DNA of 60,601 bases, filler included, from Ionaspis alba (taxonomy: Eukaryota), in assembly GCA_964255285.1 (NCBI GenBank). It is 4 parts of 4 records of this genome, joined end to end, with 100 filler letters (N's around TTAATTAATTAA, not from the genome) between each part and the next. Parts side by side here need not be neighbours in the genome. Positions count along the whole stretch, not along the records: positions 1 to 15,135 come from CAXUUL010000388.1; positions 15,236 to 30,355 come from CAXUUL010000389.1; 2 more parts are not named here. The stretch is one strand, 5' to 3'. The translations under genes were made by a program, and so were the position numbers. Under the pieces are notes generated by a model. That model made no database searches. It was not told the DNA's origin and was given only the letters and a program-made list of their open reading frames with translations. Positions 11,548 to 23,231 of the stretch are shown piece by piece. The first letter of the stretch is position 1; every line of letters starts with the position of its first letter.

Positions 11548-12404
11548 CTACAAGTCCTTGACTGGTGCGTTCCCTTCCTTCGCGCCACTCCCATGCTTCC
11601 TGACATTTTCCTTTCCAGCCTCCTTGTCTGCCTCGAACAGATGGACCTCTTTACTGTCCATGTGCTTCATCACCGTGTCCGCCTGCCACTTCTTGAAACT
11701 GAAGCCGAGACCCTCATGAGAGTAGTCCTTATCGTTGGCTTGATCCTTGTGATATTTCACCTGGATGAAGTCACTGTCGATGGTATCGGGTGACAGGGAG
11801 AGGGAGACAAGGGCATTGATAGTAGCGGTTTTCGGTATGATCTTAAAGGTCCAGGACTAAAGCGAAAGGTCGTCCAGTCAAGCAGATGTCTACACAGGGC
11901 TTAGATATTGCGTACCTGTTCATTGCGGAATTGGATCAGATCGCGATCATTGACCACAATTTGATATCTCTCGCACTTGCTGCCGTTGAACAGCTTCGGC
12001 AGAGCAAACCACTGCCCGGCCATCTTGTACCTGTCGTTGGCATACACGAATTGATCATCGTACACGCAGTCGGGGGTGTATCTCTTGACTCTCTCGACTG
12101 TAGGCTGACACGAGTACAGGGCGATGATGTCGTCGATGAGACGTTGCCGAGCTGGAGAGAGGGGGATCGACTTGGATGGGTCGGGAGTGTAGTCTTCGGT
12201 CTCCTTCGTCTGACGGACCTCGAATTGCTCACCGGGAGTCTTGGAGGTCAGGCCGGGAAAGTTGACCTTTCCGGAGCCTTTGTTGGAGGACATTCTGAGT
12301 GGTGTGGATGTGAAAGAACGGGTTGCTAGACTTGGAGAACTGGTGATGAATCGAGGAGGTTTGGTGAAGTTGATGGCTTGTCTACGCAAGGTTGAAGAAA
12401 TCAT
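11548..12404 (-). CDS. Conserved hypothetical protein, probable NTF2/SnoaL-like fold, with a mitochondrial-type presequence; one intron (about 11857-11912)
   Basis: Arg/Ser-rich, acid-free N-terminus (RSFTSTPLRMS); IIALYSCQPT..RYTPDCVYDDQF..AGQWFALPKLF; exon 2 SWTFKIIP...QVKYHKDQ in frame. Confidence 0.75.
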
Positions 12405-13064
12405 GTAAGTGTTGGTAAGTGATCAATCCACAGTAACGATTGTGGGCTGGTGTTATAAGGCACCGACGTTATTGCAGCGTACGACGCTGACGTATGTGAT
12501 GTTGACTTCGGAGGAAGGCACAATATCATGACGGCATTCAAGTACCCCAGGCTCGGTATCGGGCGAATCATTGGAAGCACAATGCATGCTGAGTGCATAA
12601 GACATGCGATTTGAACCCTGCACCATCTTCCGCTACGGAATAGCTGCGAAGTCCGAGTCCGACATGTGGATCTGATACAACTTGTGGGATGCACAATTGA
12701 GATCATGTTGAGATCGGCACTCGGCAAAAACTCGGGTATTACTACATGTGGCTGATTGGCTTAAAGGTACAGGTTAGATATAAAATACTGCTCGAATAAG
12801 GAGTACCAGAAATAAGACTCTATCAGATCCACTGCATTCCTCCATAAGTTCTTGAAGTGGTAAAGTGTCGCGAGGGTTAATTGTCATGCTCAGGGGAGGT
12901 GGAATTTATCAAAGATCAATCATAAAATTGAGCTTGGTGTCACGCGTCAATTTTTAGTATGTAACCAACCCTATGTAAAGCACATTCATGATATCGCTCC
13001 ATCGCCTTCACGGATTGAGAAGCAGGGGGCCTTTCCGACCACCTCGCAATTGATAGCCTAATCT

Positions 13065-13660
13065 CTATCGTTGCATTCTGTAGGCATTGCCGAATGTCCA
13101 TAAACCATACAGGGCGAGAGCACTCAATCCTGCCGGAAGAGGCTTCTGTGTCTTGATCGCTCGCGGGATAGAGCTTCCAGCCAGGATGAGGGAAGCGAGG
13201 AGGGCGAGTTCAACGCCGTAGGGCTGGCGATTGCGCATGCGAAGGCCACCGAGTCCGTACTATAACAATAGATTAGAAATAGTATAAGACGATGAGTGAA
13301 AGAAGAAGCAGGAATGGCATAAAGCGGAGTATGAGGTGAGCTTCTCGGAATAAGGAATAAGGATGTGGGCTGCGGTATGGGGTGTGGGCCAGCTTAGAGA
13401 ACTTATGCATAGGGAGTAATCGCTCTTCTCCTTGAGCTGTATATGGAGCTGGGACAGTCCAGATCAAACGTGGAGAGTATTACCAGTGCGCCAACTGTCA
13501 CTCCGGCAGCAATGGATGGTATAGATCCTGTGCGAGCATAGCCGGTGATTCCGCCTCCGGCGACGAGCACGGCGAGAATGAATGCGGGGTTTTCATTGCC
13601 CTGAGACTACAGCTTGTTCAGCATAACGCATACGTGGATCCAAGCGAATGTATTTACCAT
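13065..13660 (-). CDS. TMEM14-family small membrane protein (3 coding exons; absent from the ORF track)
   Basis: Manual splice: ATG|intron|..ENPAFILAVLVAGGGITGYARTGSIPSIAAGVTVGAL|intron 13483-13260|YGLGGLRMRNRQPYGVELALLASLILAGSSIPRAIKTQKPLP...QR*. GG..GY.R.GS.PS..AG is the TMEM14 signature. Confidence 0.9.
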
Positions 13661-13792
13661 GCTTGTCAGTATCTCGTATGTGTGTTCTGGTAGTTAGCCT
13701 TATTAGCAATGACCGTGAATGAGTCTGACGAGCTGTTAGCTCTGGGGCTTCAGCTAAGCACTAGAGCCCGTTGGACGGCTGCGAGCCACTAT

Positions 13793-13820
13793 ACGCGAGA
13801 TATGCGCGCTAGAGCGCGAT
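13793..13820. promoter_or_regulatory. Cluster of CGCG (MCB-like) elements in the TMEM14/RNR-inhibitor divergent promoter
   Basis: ACGCGA-GATAT-GCGCGCT-AG-AGCGCG: three CGCG cores within 28 nt, about 320 nt upstream of the RNR-inhibitor ATG. Confidence 0.45.
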
Positions 13821-14130
13821 ACTAAACCCAACGCATATCTTTCCAGCCGCCTCTTTTTCCATATACAATATGACACGAATTTCCCTATTCACTGAAACCT
13901 TAGCACCACCCACTTCGACCTATAACTTTCTCCGTACTTTCCTTCCTCTCCATCACTTTCCCTCTTAAATTACGACACCTTCTACCCTTGCAACTTCTTA
14001 TCCACTGAATACCCAGATTGCCTTATCGCTTCCGCATTATCTCAATTGCATCTACCTCCAGCGAGTACTTCACTGTAGCTCTACACACTTCGTCTCAACT
14101 CATTCCGATTACCATTGAGCTCCGCACGCA

Positions 14131-14847
14131 ATGGCTTCAGCAAGTCACATCAACAAGAAACGTCAATTCCAGCCTCCCATCACCACCCACTTCTCCCCTG
14201 CATCCACCTGCGGATACTACATTGCCAGTGTCCAGCCCACCAACACCGACATTTCGCCCTCTGGCATTCTGTCTCCCTCCATTCCTCAGTCAGTCCAGGG
14301 CACGCTCCTCAACATGGGGATGCGCATCCGAAAATCCATCCACGATGGCTACCAGACCAAGGCAAAAACCATCGAGGCACCTGTCACTTCCAGCAGTCTC
14401 ACCAGCATTCACCAGTCGAAGGAATTGACTCCGTACTACGTCGTTGACAACGACAACAACTCCCACCAGACGTCCATGGCTGCCATTGACCGCAACGACA
14501 TCGTCATGCACGACAACAGCGACGACAACGACGACCACCACCTCCAATGCCGGCAATTCACTCCAGACAACCCTTTTCTCCACGCGGGGCATGTCCATCA
14601 CATCAAGAAACGCACCTACTCTCACCTCGATACCGACCTACCTCTATCCGCCATGCCCACCCCTCCTTGCAAGTCGATGTCGCCTCCGCTCCGCCCGATC
14701 GCCCAGCCCAAGACTCGTCGTCGTTCGGGAGCGAAGAACATCTTTGGTAAGGAGTACAAGGTCGAGGATTTCGATGACTTTGAGGAGGCGAGCTTCTTGT
14801 TGGATAAAGAGCTGCTAGCTTGGTATGGATTGGACTGCGTGCATTGA
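14131..14847 (+). CDS. Ribonucleotide reductase inhibitor, Spd1/Dif1/Sml1 family
   Basis: VQGTLLNMGMRIRKSIHDGYQTK (Hug/Spd1 motif), C-terminal DFEEASFL (R1-binding/Sml-like motif), N-terminal KKRQFQPPITTHF (PIP-like). Confidence 0.85.
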   Translation: MASASHINKKRQFQPPITTHFSPASTCGYYIASVQPTNTDISPSGILSPSIPQSVQGTLLNMGMRIRKSIHDGYQTKAKTIEAPVTSSSLTSIHQSKELTPYYVVDNDNNSHQTSMAAIDRNDIVMHDNSDDNDDHHLQCRQFTPDNPFLHAGHVHHIKKRTYSHLDTDLPLSAMPTPPCKSMSPPLRPIAQPKTRRRSGAKNIFGKEYKVEDFDDFEEASFLLDKELLAWYGLDCVH

Positions 14848-15135
14848 GTATGAGCGCGATGGAGCAGTCTAAGAAATGGATAGCTTGATTGGTATGGAAT
14901 GGACCACATGCATGGAATACTGGCAGGATGGAGCAATGTGGAATTTGGAAAGTATGATTCATATGGGAGGACGGTTGTTTTATTATATACCCCCTGACGC
15001 GTGGTATGTGCTTGGTTCATCATTTGGTTTGTGTCTAGGTGGTGTACAAATAGACTACGGCCAGCTATGACGACGTGTTTGTATTTAGGATCGGTAAATA
15101 GAGAATCATATGTTGACATCTGACTATTCCTTATT

Positions 15136-15235
15136 NNNNNNNNNNNNNNNNNNNNNNNNNNNNNNNNNNNNNNNNNNNNTTAATTAATTAANNNNNNNNN
15201 NNNNNNNNNNNNNNNNNNNNNNNNNNNNNNNNNNN
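15136..15235. other. Artificial scaffold spacer (44 N + TTAATTAATTAA + 44 N)
   Basis: The 12-mer at 15180-15191 gives stops in all six frames; it recurs identically twice more. Confidence 0.97.
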
Positions 15236-15660
15236 TGCGGACAGAGAAGTCCGGCCAAGCCCGCCGCAAGAATAATAATCTGGCCGTTGGACTCGAAAGC
15301 TTCCGTGGCTTCTTGGAGTTATTTGTCGTCAGTTTGACGAACCACTTCTCTTCTCTGCCCCATTCTTGACGAGCAGATCCGCTGCATGAGTTCAGACCCT
15401 GCGCTCGCAGTTCTGTGAATCGTCCCCAATGCAAGGGGCGTCACCCGATCGTCAATCTTCTCGGTACGCGTCTTCGAAATTCCTCACAGTTGAGTCGGGC
15501 AGATAGCTTATAACTGATCAGGGACAGGGTAAACCTCTCGGAATCTCTCTCCTTTTTCTCGTCCTTTCGCCACGATAGCACAGGGGCTTCGAACGTGGAA
15601 CACGAAAAGGGAGGCAACCCGGATCATCCACCTTCCACGCCCACAAAGGTGACGCCAGAA

Positions 15661-17049
15661 ATGGCTTCCGGGTCGACAAGATACATTCGCTACATTCTTT
15701 TGGGCTTTCTTGTAGGCCAAACGAACACTGGCTGTGTCGCTTTTTTGCCGTAGTGCTGACTCTCTTCTCTAGGCTTTAGCAGTTCTCTACTTTCTTACTT
15801 CTTCTTCGATACCCACTTCGCAACTGCCAGGAGCAGGATACTCATGGAACTCTCCAAAGTCTCCAGCCTCTGGAGTACCATCCATACCGGGAACTGCCAT
15901 TCCCGGGACGACTCCGAACACTGCCGGTTCACTACCGCCAGCCACGAAACCGGGAGTTCGCATGAATGCCACATTTGTGACTCTGGCGCGAAACACAGAC
16001 AAGTGGGAAATTGCAAAATCCATCCGTCAAGTGGAAGATAGGTTCAATCGAAAGTTCAACTACGACTGGGTATTTTTGAATGACAAACCGTTCGATGATG
16101 ACTTTAAAAATCTCACAACGGCACTCGTATCGGGCAAAACGCATTACGGCGAAATTCCACCTGAGCATTGGTCGTTTCCAGACTTCATCGACCAGGACAA
16201 AGCTCGAAAAGTTCGGGAAGATATGGCTGAAAAGAAGATCATCTACGGAGACTCGATCAGCTACAGGCATATGTGTCGCTATGAATCAGGGTTCTTCTTC
16301 CGCCACCCTCTGATGAACCAATTCGAGTGGTATTGGCGTGTGGAACCGAGCATCGAGCTATACTGCGATATTGACTATGACACATTCAAATACATGGCTG
16401 ATCACGGTAAGAAGTACAGTTTTGTTTTGAGCCTGTACGAATACGTGGAGACCATTCCAACTTTGTGGGAAAGTGCCAAGGGATTCATGAAGAAGCATCC
16501 CGAACACATTGCGGCCGACAACTCAATGAAGTTTTTGAGTGATGACAATGGAGAGACCTACAATCATTGTCATTTCGTAAGTCGACTGCAGCCTACGTCT
16601 CAAGCTTCCACGACACTAATCCCTGCATTCGTAGTGGTCTAATTTTGAAATTGGCAATCTCAATTGGCTTCGATCCAAGGCATATCTCGATTACTTTGAG
16701 ACGCTCGACAAAGACGGCGGATTCTTCTATGAGCGCTGGGGTGATGCTCCTGTCCACTCTATTGCGGCTGGACTTCTCCTAAAAAAGGAGGAGATTCATT
16801 TCTTCAACGATATTGCTTACTATCATGTACCGTTCACCCATTGTCCGACAGGGCAGCAGACGAAGCTGGACTTGAAATGCACCTGCAACTCTAAAGACAA
16901 CTTCGATTGGAAGGGCTATTCTTGTAAGACTATTCGTATTATACATCCACGCCTTGGATCGCTGGGTCTGACAGACTATAGGTACATCCAGATTTTTCGA
17001 GCTCAATGGTTTGGAAAAGCCTGCAGGATTTGACCAAGAGGGTGATTGA
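15661..17049 (+). CDS. KRE2: Alpha-1,2-mannosyltransferase, GT15 (KRE2/MNT1 family); 4 exons
   Basis: N-terminal TM anchor; [58 protein letters not shown]. Confidence 0.93.
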
Positions 17050-17344
17050 AGAAGCATGCCTTCTACCCTCTGATCCGAACGACGTACGCTGTATTACCAT
17101 AAGCATGATATCGAAGAGGGAGATGGTACACTGGATGGATTGGTCGGAGTCTGTGGATTTAGCATGGTTCTATCGAGGCCCGAAGCGCAGGCGACGCGTA
17201 AACAGATTTCTTTGCTGTACATATTTAGGGAAGCATGAAAATTGTTATGATTAAGAAAGACTTCCTACAGTGGAATCGTATCGCCTGAACACCGGCAAAT
17301 GCTCCTCTTATGCAATGGCTAGAAACCACGGAGTCCCTAAACAA

Positions 17345-18053
17345 TTAGACCTGAGCAGCCTTCGGCTTCTTCGTTCCATATTTCGACCGGCTCGTGATGC
17401 GGTTAGCAACTCCGCCCTAAACATGCACCACATTAGTCTCGCCGTGTATTGAGCCGGCATGTGCCATCGAGACTCACCAGATCCATGGCCCCTCGGACAA
17501 CATGATATCTCACACCAGGACAGTCCTGACTCCGACCTCCCCTTACGAGTACCACACTGTGCTGCTGAACATTGTGACCTATACGAACGTTGTGGTCAGC
17601 ATGAGCCATCAATGCCTTTATGCATTGTAGCTGTAATCCTCCCTAACCCTCGCCATCCTGTCTCGAACCACATCTACCATGCCCAGCCTCGTCCACCACC
17701 AACACACTCTGTGCCAGAGAACCAAACCATAATTGAACGTACCTTCCCCCATAATATAAGCTGTAATACTCCTCCCACTACTCAGTCTCACTCTCGCCGT
17801 CTTCCTCTCGCCCGAGTTCGGCTTTTTTGGCTTTGTGATTCCCACTTTGAGACAAACGCCCTTCATGTGCGGTCTATATTTCAACGCTGGTGAGACAGCT
17901 CGGCGCGCTCTCTGGGGGACACGACAGCCGCGTAGAACTTGATTGAGAGTTGCGCTAGAGCAGGGAGTCGTGGTGAATGTGCGAGAGATAGGATGGAGGA
18001 GTGAGGCGTTTCGGAGGACCAGCAAGTGTGGCGTATGGCGTGGGAGCGAGGGC
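17345..18053 (-). CDS. MRPS12: Mitochondrial ribosomal protein uS12m (5' end lost in gap 18054-18153); 2 introns
   Basis: [73 protein letters not shown]; stop at 17347-17345. Confidence 0.95.
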
Positions 18054-18153
18054 NNNNNNNNNNNNNNNNNNNNNNNNNNNNNNNNNNNNNNNNNNNNNNN
18101 NNNNNNNNNNNNNNNNNNNNNNNNNNNNNNNNNNNNNNNNNNNNNNNNNNNNN

Positions 18154-19253
18154 CAGTCTTTAAGCCTTCAATGCTTTCTTCGGCAAGCTTCTTCGTCGTA
18201 GACTTACCATCGCTGTAGACAAGCATTAGCTTTAAAAGCAGTCCAGTGTCAGGTGAGAAACATATTGCATGGGCAGGTGAATCTCTCGCTGGCGGTCACT
18301 CACTAGATTTCCTTGGTCGTTGCCAGAATAGATTGCCAATCCTCAAAGACTGTGAAGGGCATGCCTTGGCGTTCACAGTAAGTGACAAGGTCTAGAGATA
18401 TCAGCACTCGCTTGGAGATGCTTCTGTAATAGGTATGCCGCCAATACTCACCACGCCCCTTTTTGGCAAATAACAAATCCGTCTCACTCGCGGCAGATAG
18501 ATCTGATACACCATCACCAGCATAAAGCATTGTCGGACGCGGCTCAGTTGGCCGATCCGCAAAGTGTTTGGCATATGGGCGGATGGCAAGAGACTTGTCG
18601 TGGCCGAACCCGCTATCGTCATGGAACTTGATGGTCCACCCGTTTTCTTGATCCCTGGTCATGCCTGCGCGGTCCACAACATCATTGCTAACGATCTCAA
18701 TGTCGTTTGCCTCAGGGCCCACCAGGTGCACAAGTAGTGCGTGTATGATGGGTTGCATGCCTGAGGATAACACGATGACTGGGACTCCGTGCGCTCGCGC
18801 CCATTTATAGAATTCCTTGAAGTGTGGATCCAGCGTGACATTGTCGCATAGGTATTTGACGCATTCGGGGAAGGGTGTCTTGATGCTGTCGAGCATCTCT
18901 TGGAAGGTATCTCTGAGCCATTTTCAGAACTACCCAGCTCTAGTGAATCTTGGAACTCGCGCACCTGAAACAGACTCGCTCCTCCAGACAGTCAAGGTTC
19001 AATTGCCGCCGCCGTGCCTCTCCGAAGCCAAGATTGTCTGTCTATGGGTTGACTCAGTCCTTGCAATCCTTCAAATAAGTTCTCAAGCATACAAGGTAGT
19101 CATTGCCTGGATTGCCTTGTCAGCTCCTAAATCGCTCTGATAGAGTGACTTCGCATAAGTGACAGGCATACTGTCTTGGAGTGTGATGGTTCCGTCAAAA
19201 TCTGTAAAGAAAATGATCTTTGGATCGCCTTTCAACGCTGATGGATAAGGCAT
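18154..19253 (-). CDS. HAD-superfamily phosphatase, yeast PYP1/YNL010W (MtnX-like) family; 3' end lost in the gap; includes a 14-nt exon
   Basis: Motif I IFFTDFDGTITLQDS/NDYL, motif II VIVLSSGM, FGHDKS, motif IV YAGDGVSDLSAA; last exon EIY/DGKSTTKKLAEE runs into the Ns. Confidence 0.9.
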
Positions 19254-19647
19254 TGTTTTGTTGAATACAGAAAATTCGTGGTGGCTGGATGTTGTATGGT
19301 AGCTCTCTAAAGATTTGTTGACTTTAAGCAGCATCTAAACGAGGGATTTTCACCGATGCGTTAAGCGGCGCAATACCAAGCTTTAGCTAATGCCTGTGCC
19401 TTGGACCCTTATTTTGGCGGTCAAATGCCCCTTAACAAGAGTTAAGTTCACTACTACTATACAAACACTGCGAATGCGAATGCGCAGGTACGGGCGCATT
19501 CCTAGCAGGGAAATCTTCCAAAATCACTCTTTGGTACACAATATCCGTGATTAGGTCTACTCGGATTCTATGCGCGACTGTATACCTTGTCCAAAATTAT
19601 CTCGCACACCATTGAAAACCACTTTCATAATTTTTGTTGCGCAGGCT

Positions 19648-21311
19648 CTACTCCATGCGCATTATTTTATCGCAGTTGAGAATGCATTGTGGGTCCAACG
19701 CCAATTTAATCTAATCAATTCCGCGTCAGTATGGACGGCTTTGTTGATATAACGGTTTGGAAGCACCTTTCGCATCATGTCCACGCCTGTCTCCCCCGCC
19801 TCAACAATCAGCATGTCTCGTAGCTCAAGCCCAATGCCGTGCTCTCCAGTGATTGTGCCTTCGAACTCTATAGCTCTCTTCCGGAGATAAGTGAAGATCT
19901 CCTCGACCTTACCTTCGTCGCTCCTGGGACAGATGATAGCCGCATGGAAATTACCTGATGCAACTTTGAGCCCCCAAGAAGTTCTGAGTCAAAAGGGGAG
20001 CATTGAACGTCCAGGCTTACCGTCACCCACATGGCCGACTATTGTGCATATGAAACCGGCATCCTTGATCACCTGCTGTGTTTCTTTTATCATGTCTGCT
20101 AGACGGGATATAGGCACCGCGGTGTCAGTAGAGAGAAACAGGTCTGTGGGATCCTTCTTGAGCGCGACGACAGCGCGGGCCATATCCTTTCGTGCACTCC
20201 ATGCAAGCTCGATCTCCATTTTGTCCACCGAGACTTCAAATGTCTCACAGCTGTTCTGTGCAGCAGCTTCCCCGGCAATGTCAACCTGCTCCTGCACTGC
20301 ACGCTGCGACCCGGCAAATTTAAGGAACAAAGTAGGATTTTCCCGCCAGTGCTTTGTGGAGAGCTTCGACAAGTTGAGAACGTGCATGCTTTGCTCATCA
20401 ACTAGTTCGAGAGCTTCGATTGGGAGACCAGAGTTGATCAGACAGATGGCAGTTTTTACCGCGGCATGTGTATCTGGGAAGGCAACGACAGCTACGTGTA
20501 GATTCTTAGGGACTGAGGTAACTTTGAGCACTGCTTCGGTGACAAGACCGAGAGTACCTTCGGAACCGACCATCAAATGGGCAAGGTCATAGCCAGCGGA
20601 GGACTTCCGCGGTCGATGACCCGTTTTGACGATGGTTCCGTCTGCGAGGACAATAGTCATGGAGATAACCCAATCTTTCATGGTACCATACCGGTAGGCA
20701 TTAGTTCCAGAGCACCCTGTCGCGATCTGTTCCCTTTATCAGCGGCTGTGTGTTTGCATAGCAATTGCGGGCACCGCCAGGCTCACCATGCCACCGATTC
20801 GAGCCCCAGGACCCGGATCAGGAGGAAAGTATAGGTCTTGGCTTGCCAGGTGATTGTTGAGCCTCTGCCATGCAACGCACGGCTGGACCACAACGTCCAT
20901 ATCCTCGGCATGGACGGCCAGAATTTTGTCCATGCGCTGAAAGTCGATACAAATGCCACCCCGAGTAGCTGCAAGTGCTCCCGTTATACTTGTTCCCCCA
21001 GAGAAGCTGGTGACTGGAACACGCCTTCGGGAGCAAATCTTCAGTATCTCACTGACTTCAGAGGTACTTTCTGGTAGAATAACGAGGGCCGATGTCTGAG
21101 AAAGATCTGCATGAGACCATGGAGTGTTGGAACGGGCGCGGCGCTCTTCAAAGCTTGATATGACATGCTCACGGCCGACAATAGTGATGAAGTCATTCTG
21201 TGCTCCTAACATATTATCCTCGGAGACATCGTAATGTAGCGGCAACGTATCCGCAAGAGGAGTGGTAGAGTGGACATTGATGAGAGGACCCGAGGACTGG
21301 AGCAGGACCAT
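19648..21311 (-). CDS. FAD-linked D-lactate dehydrogenase (cytochrome), DLD1-like; 3 introns; start uncertain
   Basis: FSGGTSITG, FPPDPGPGARIGGM, RKSSAGYDL..GSEGTLG, GHVGDG/NFH, GTITGEHGIG, K.ALDP..ILN.DK. Confidence 0.9.
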
Positions 21312-21652
21312 TCTTCTGGGATTCACTAGGTAACAATAGAGACAGGTATAAAAGTATCAGAAGTTCGAGAGAAATCCCAGAGAAACAAACAGGTTTAGCA
21401 TGAAAGTTCAATGGTCAACAGGCCTAGATTAACACCATTAGAGAGGGAAACGGTTCCCTTGCACTGAGCACTACTTCCATCTACACTAAATCAGTCAAAG
21501 GAAGATGAAACTCCGCCCTTTTGCAGCTCGAATCAAATGATTCGTCTGCACGTAGTACAGTCACACACGCAAAGGCCGCATCGTCCCACATTTGGCGAGG
21601 CAGGAAGGAACAAGTGGTTCATGCGTTTAGCCGTCGACCCTCCGCGAAGATA

Positions 21653-21684
21653 TTCCGAGGCTCTTCCGAGGCTCTTCCGAGGCT
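21653..21684. repeat. 11-bp tandem repeat (TTCCGAGGCTC) x about 3 in the DLD1/SHE9 divergent promoter
   Basis: TTCCGAGGCTC TTCCGAGGCTC TTCCGAGGCT read directly. Confidence 0.9.
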
Positions 21685-21753
21685 ACAAGTTAAGGTCAGC
21701 CAGCTAAATGGTTCTCTTTCGACCTCCCCACCAGATTCTGCAACTGCCGAGCG

Positions 21754-23135
21754 ATGAGACCTCTGCTGCAGCAGGCTCTCAAATCTTCTAAGTCACAAAA
21801 TGCTGCGCTTGCGATCCTGCACGCATATAGATCAGTATCCGGGTCTTTGAATACTCGGCTCGTGCCAACTCCATGGATCTGCCAAAAATGCCGAAACCAT
21901 AGTAGAAGTCCTTCGAGCTCGGGTTTTACTACATGGCAGCGGAGAAATTCCGGACTGTTGAGACATGGCTCTGGAGTATCTGGTCCATTGGCTGGGCCAA
22001 CAAAGCTTTCAAGTCGCCAGGTCAATACATCCGGAAATTCTAGCAGCAACGATGTGTCGTCGACTCCACGAAAGTCATTACCTTCGCACGAGGAGAGCCG
22101 ACGTTCTCATCTGGCGAAGCGCTTCTCCCATGTCATGGATAACGTGCAGTCCAACATCTTCATCGCAGGACAGAGACTCAACGATTTGACGGGCTATTCC
22201 GGTATTGAGGCATTGAAGAAGGAAATTGAAGAGCAAGGTAGGGAGAACTATGCAGAGCTACCTACGGCCTGTTAGACTGACACTTACGGTCAGAGGAACT
22301 TGTTCGAGTCACCCGATCATCCCTCCAACAAGCGAAGGAAGCCTACACTACTGCAATAGCTCAACGATCCGCCTCCCAGCGCGAAGTCAACGAGCTGCTA
22401 CAGAGAAAACACGCCTGGTCACCACAGGATCTAGAGCGTTTCACCTCGCTTTACCGCTCCGACCATGCCAATGAGCAGAACGAAGCAGTAGCACAAGAGG
22501 CTGTAGCAGTCGCGGAACGCAAAGCAGAGGAGGCATCGACGAAGCTGGGTGCTAGCATCTTGGCGAGATACCACGAAGAGCAGATATGGAGTGACAAGAT
22601 TCGGCGGATGTCAACTTGGGGAACTTGGGGCCTGATGGGAGTCAATGTTCTGCTGTTCCTAGTCTTCCAGATTGGGGTTGAGCCTTGGAGGAGGAAGAGA
22701 CTGGTGAAGGGATTCGAGGAGAAGGTCATGCAAGCTCTGGAGAAGGAAGGCAAAGCGACGAATGCGGCCACTGGAGCTGCACTGGCGGCGTTGCAGGCCT
22801 CTCATACCAGTCAGGCCACCAGGATTGCAGAAGTCTTGGACCAGGATCCTGTGGATACGATCCCAGAGGTCGTAGGCGCTGTTGAAGGGGTCGTGTCAGC
22901 GGAGACAAATACGGAGCCTGGAGCACTTTCGGAAGAGTTCACGGTGGAGGTTGCAGAACCTCCGAGGAACCGATTATCAGCAACAATACAAGCCTATAGA
23001 GTGTCGGTTAGAGATCTTTTCAGCGAGCGGCAGATCACGTTGCGGAAAGTGGATCTCACATCCGCTGCATTAGAGGGTGCCCTTGCAGGCATAGCATTAG
23101 CTAGTATAATAGGGGCCATTCTACGCAATAGATAA
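21754..23135 (+). CDS. SHE9: Mitochondrial inner-membrane protein She9/Mdm33; one intron (about 22238-22293)
   Basis: [83 protein letters not shown]. Confidence 0.95.
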
Positions 23136-23231
23136 AGAACTCCCAAATCTATACCAAAACCGTCCTATCCTCCGAAACCAATCAAAAGGATGCTCCTATA
23201 TGACAACGCCCGAACGCCCACGATAACGCCC

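Noticed and set aside
15180..15191. TTAATTAATTAA palindrome recurring every 15.2 kb, as a biological repeat or piggyBac TTAA site
   Set aside because: Always centred in 44+44 Ns; it is a synthetic six-frame-stop linker.
17618..18226. ORF suggesting a phosphatase-MRPS12 fusion
   Set aside because: It reads through an N gap; the two sides are the phosphatase last exon and the MRPS12 body.
17345..23135. MRPS12, DLD1 and SHE9 as a mitochondrial gene cluster
   Set aside because: Unrelated pathways; mitochondrial genes are common enough for this to be chance.
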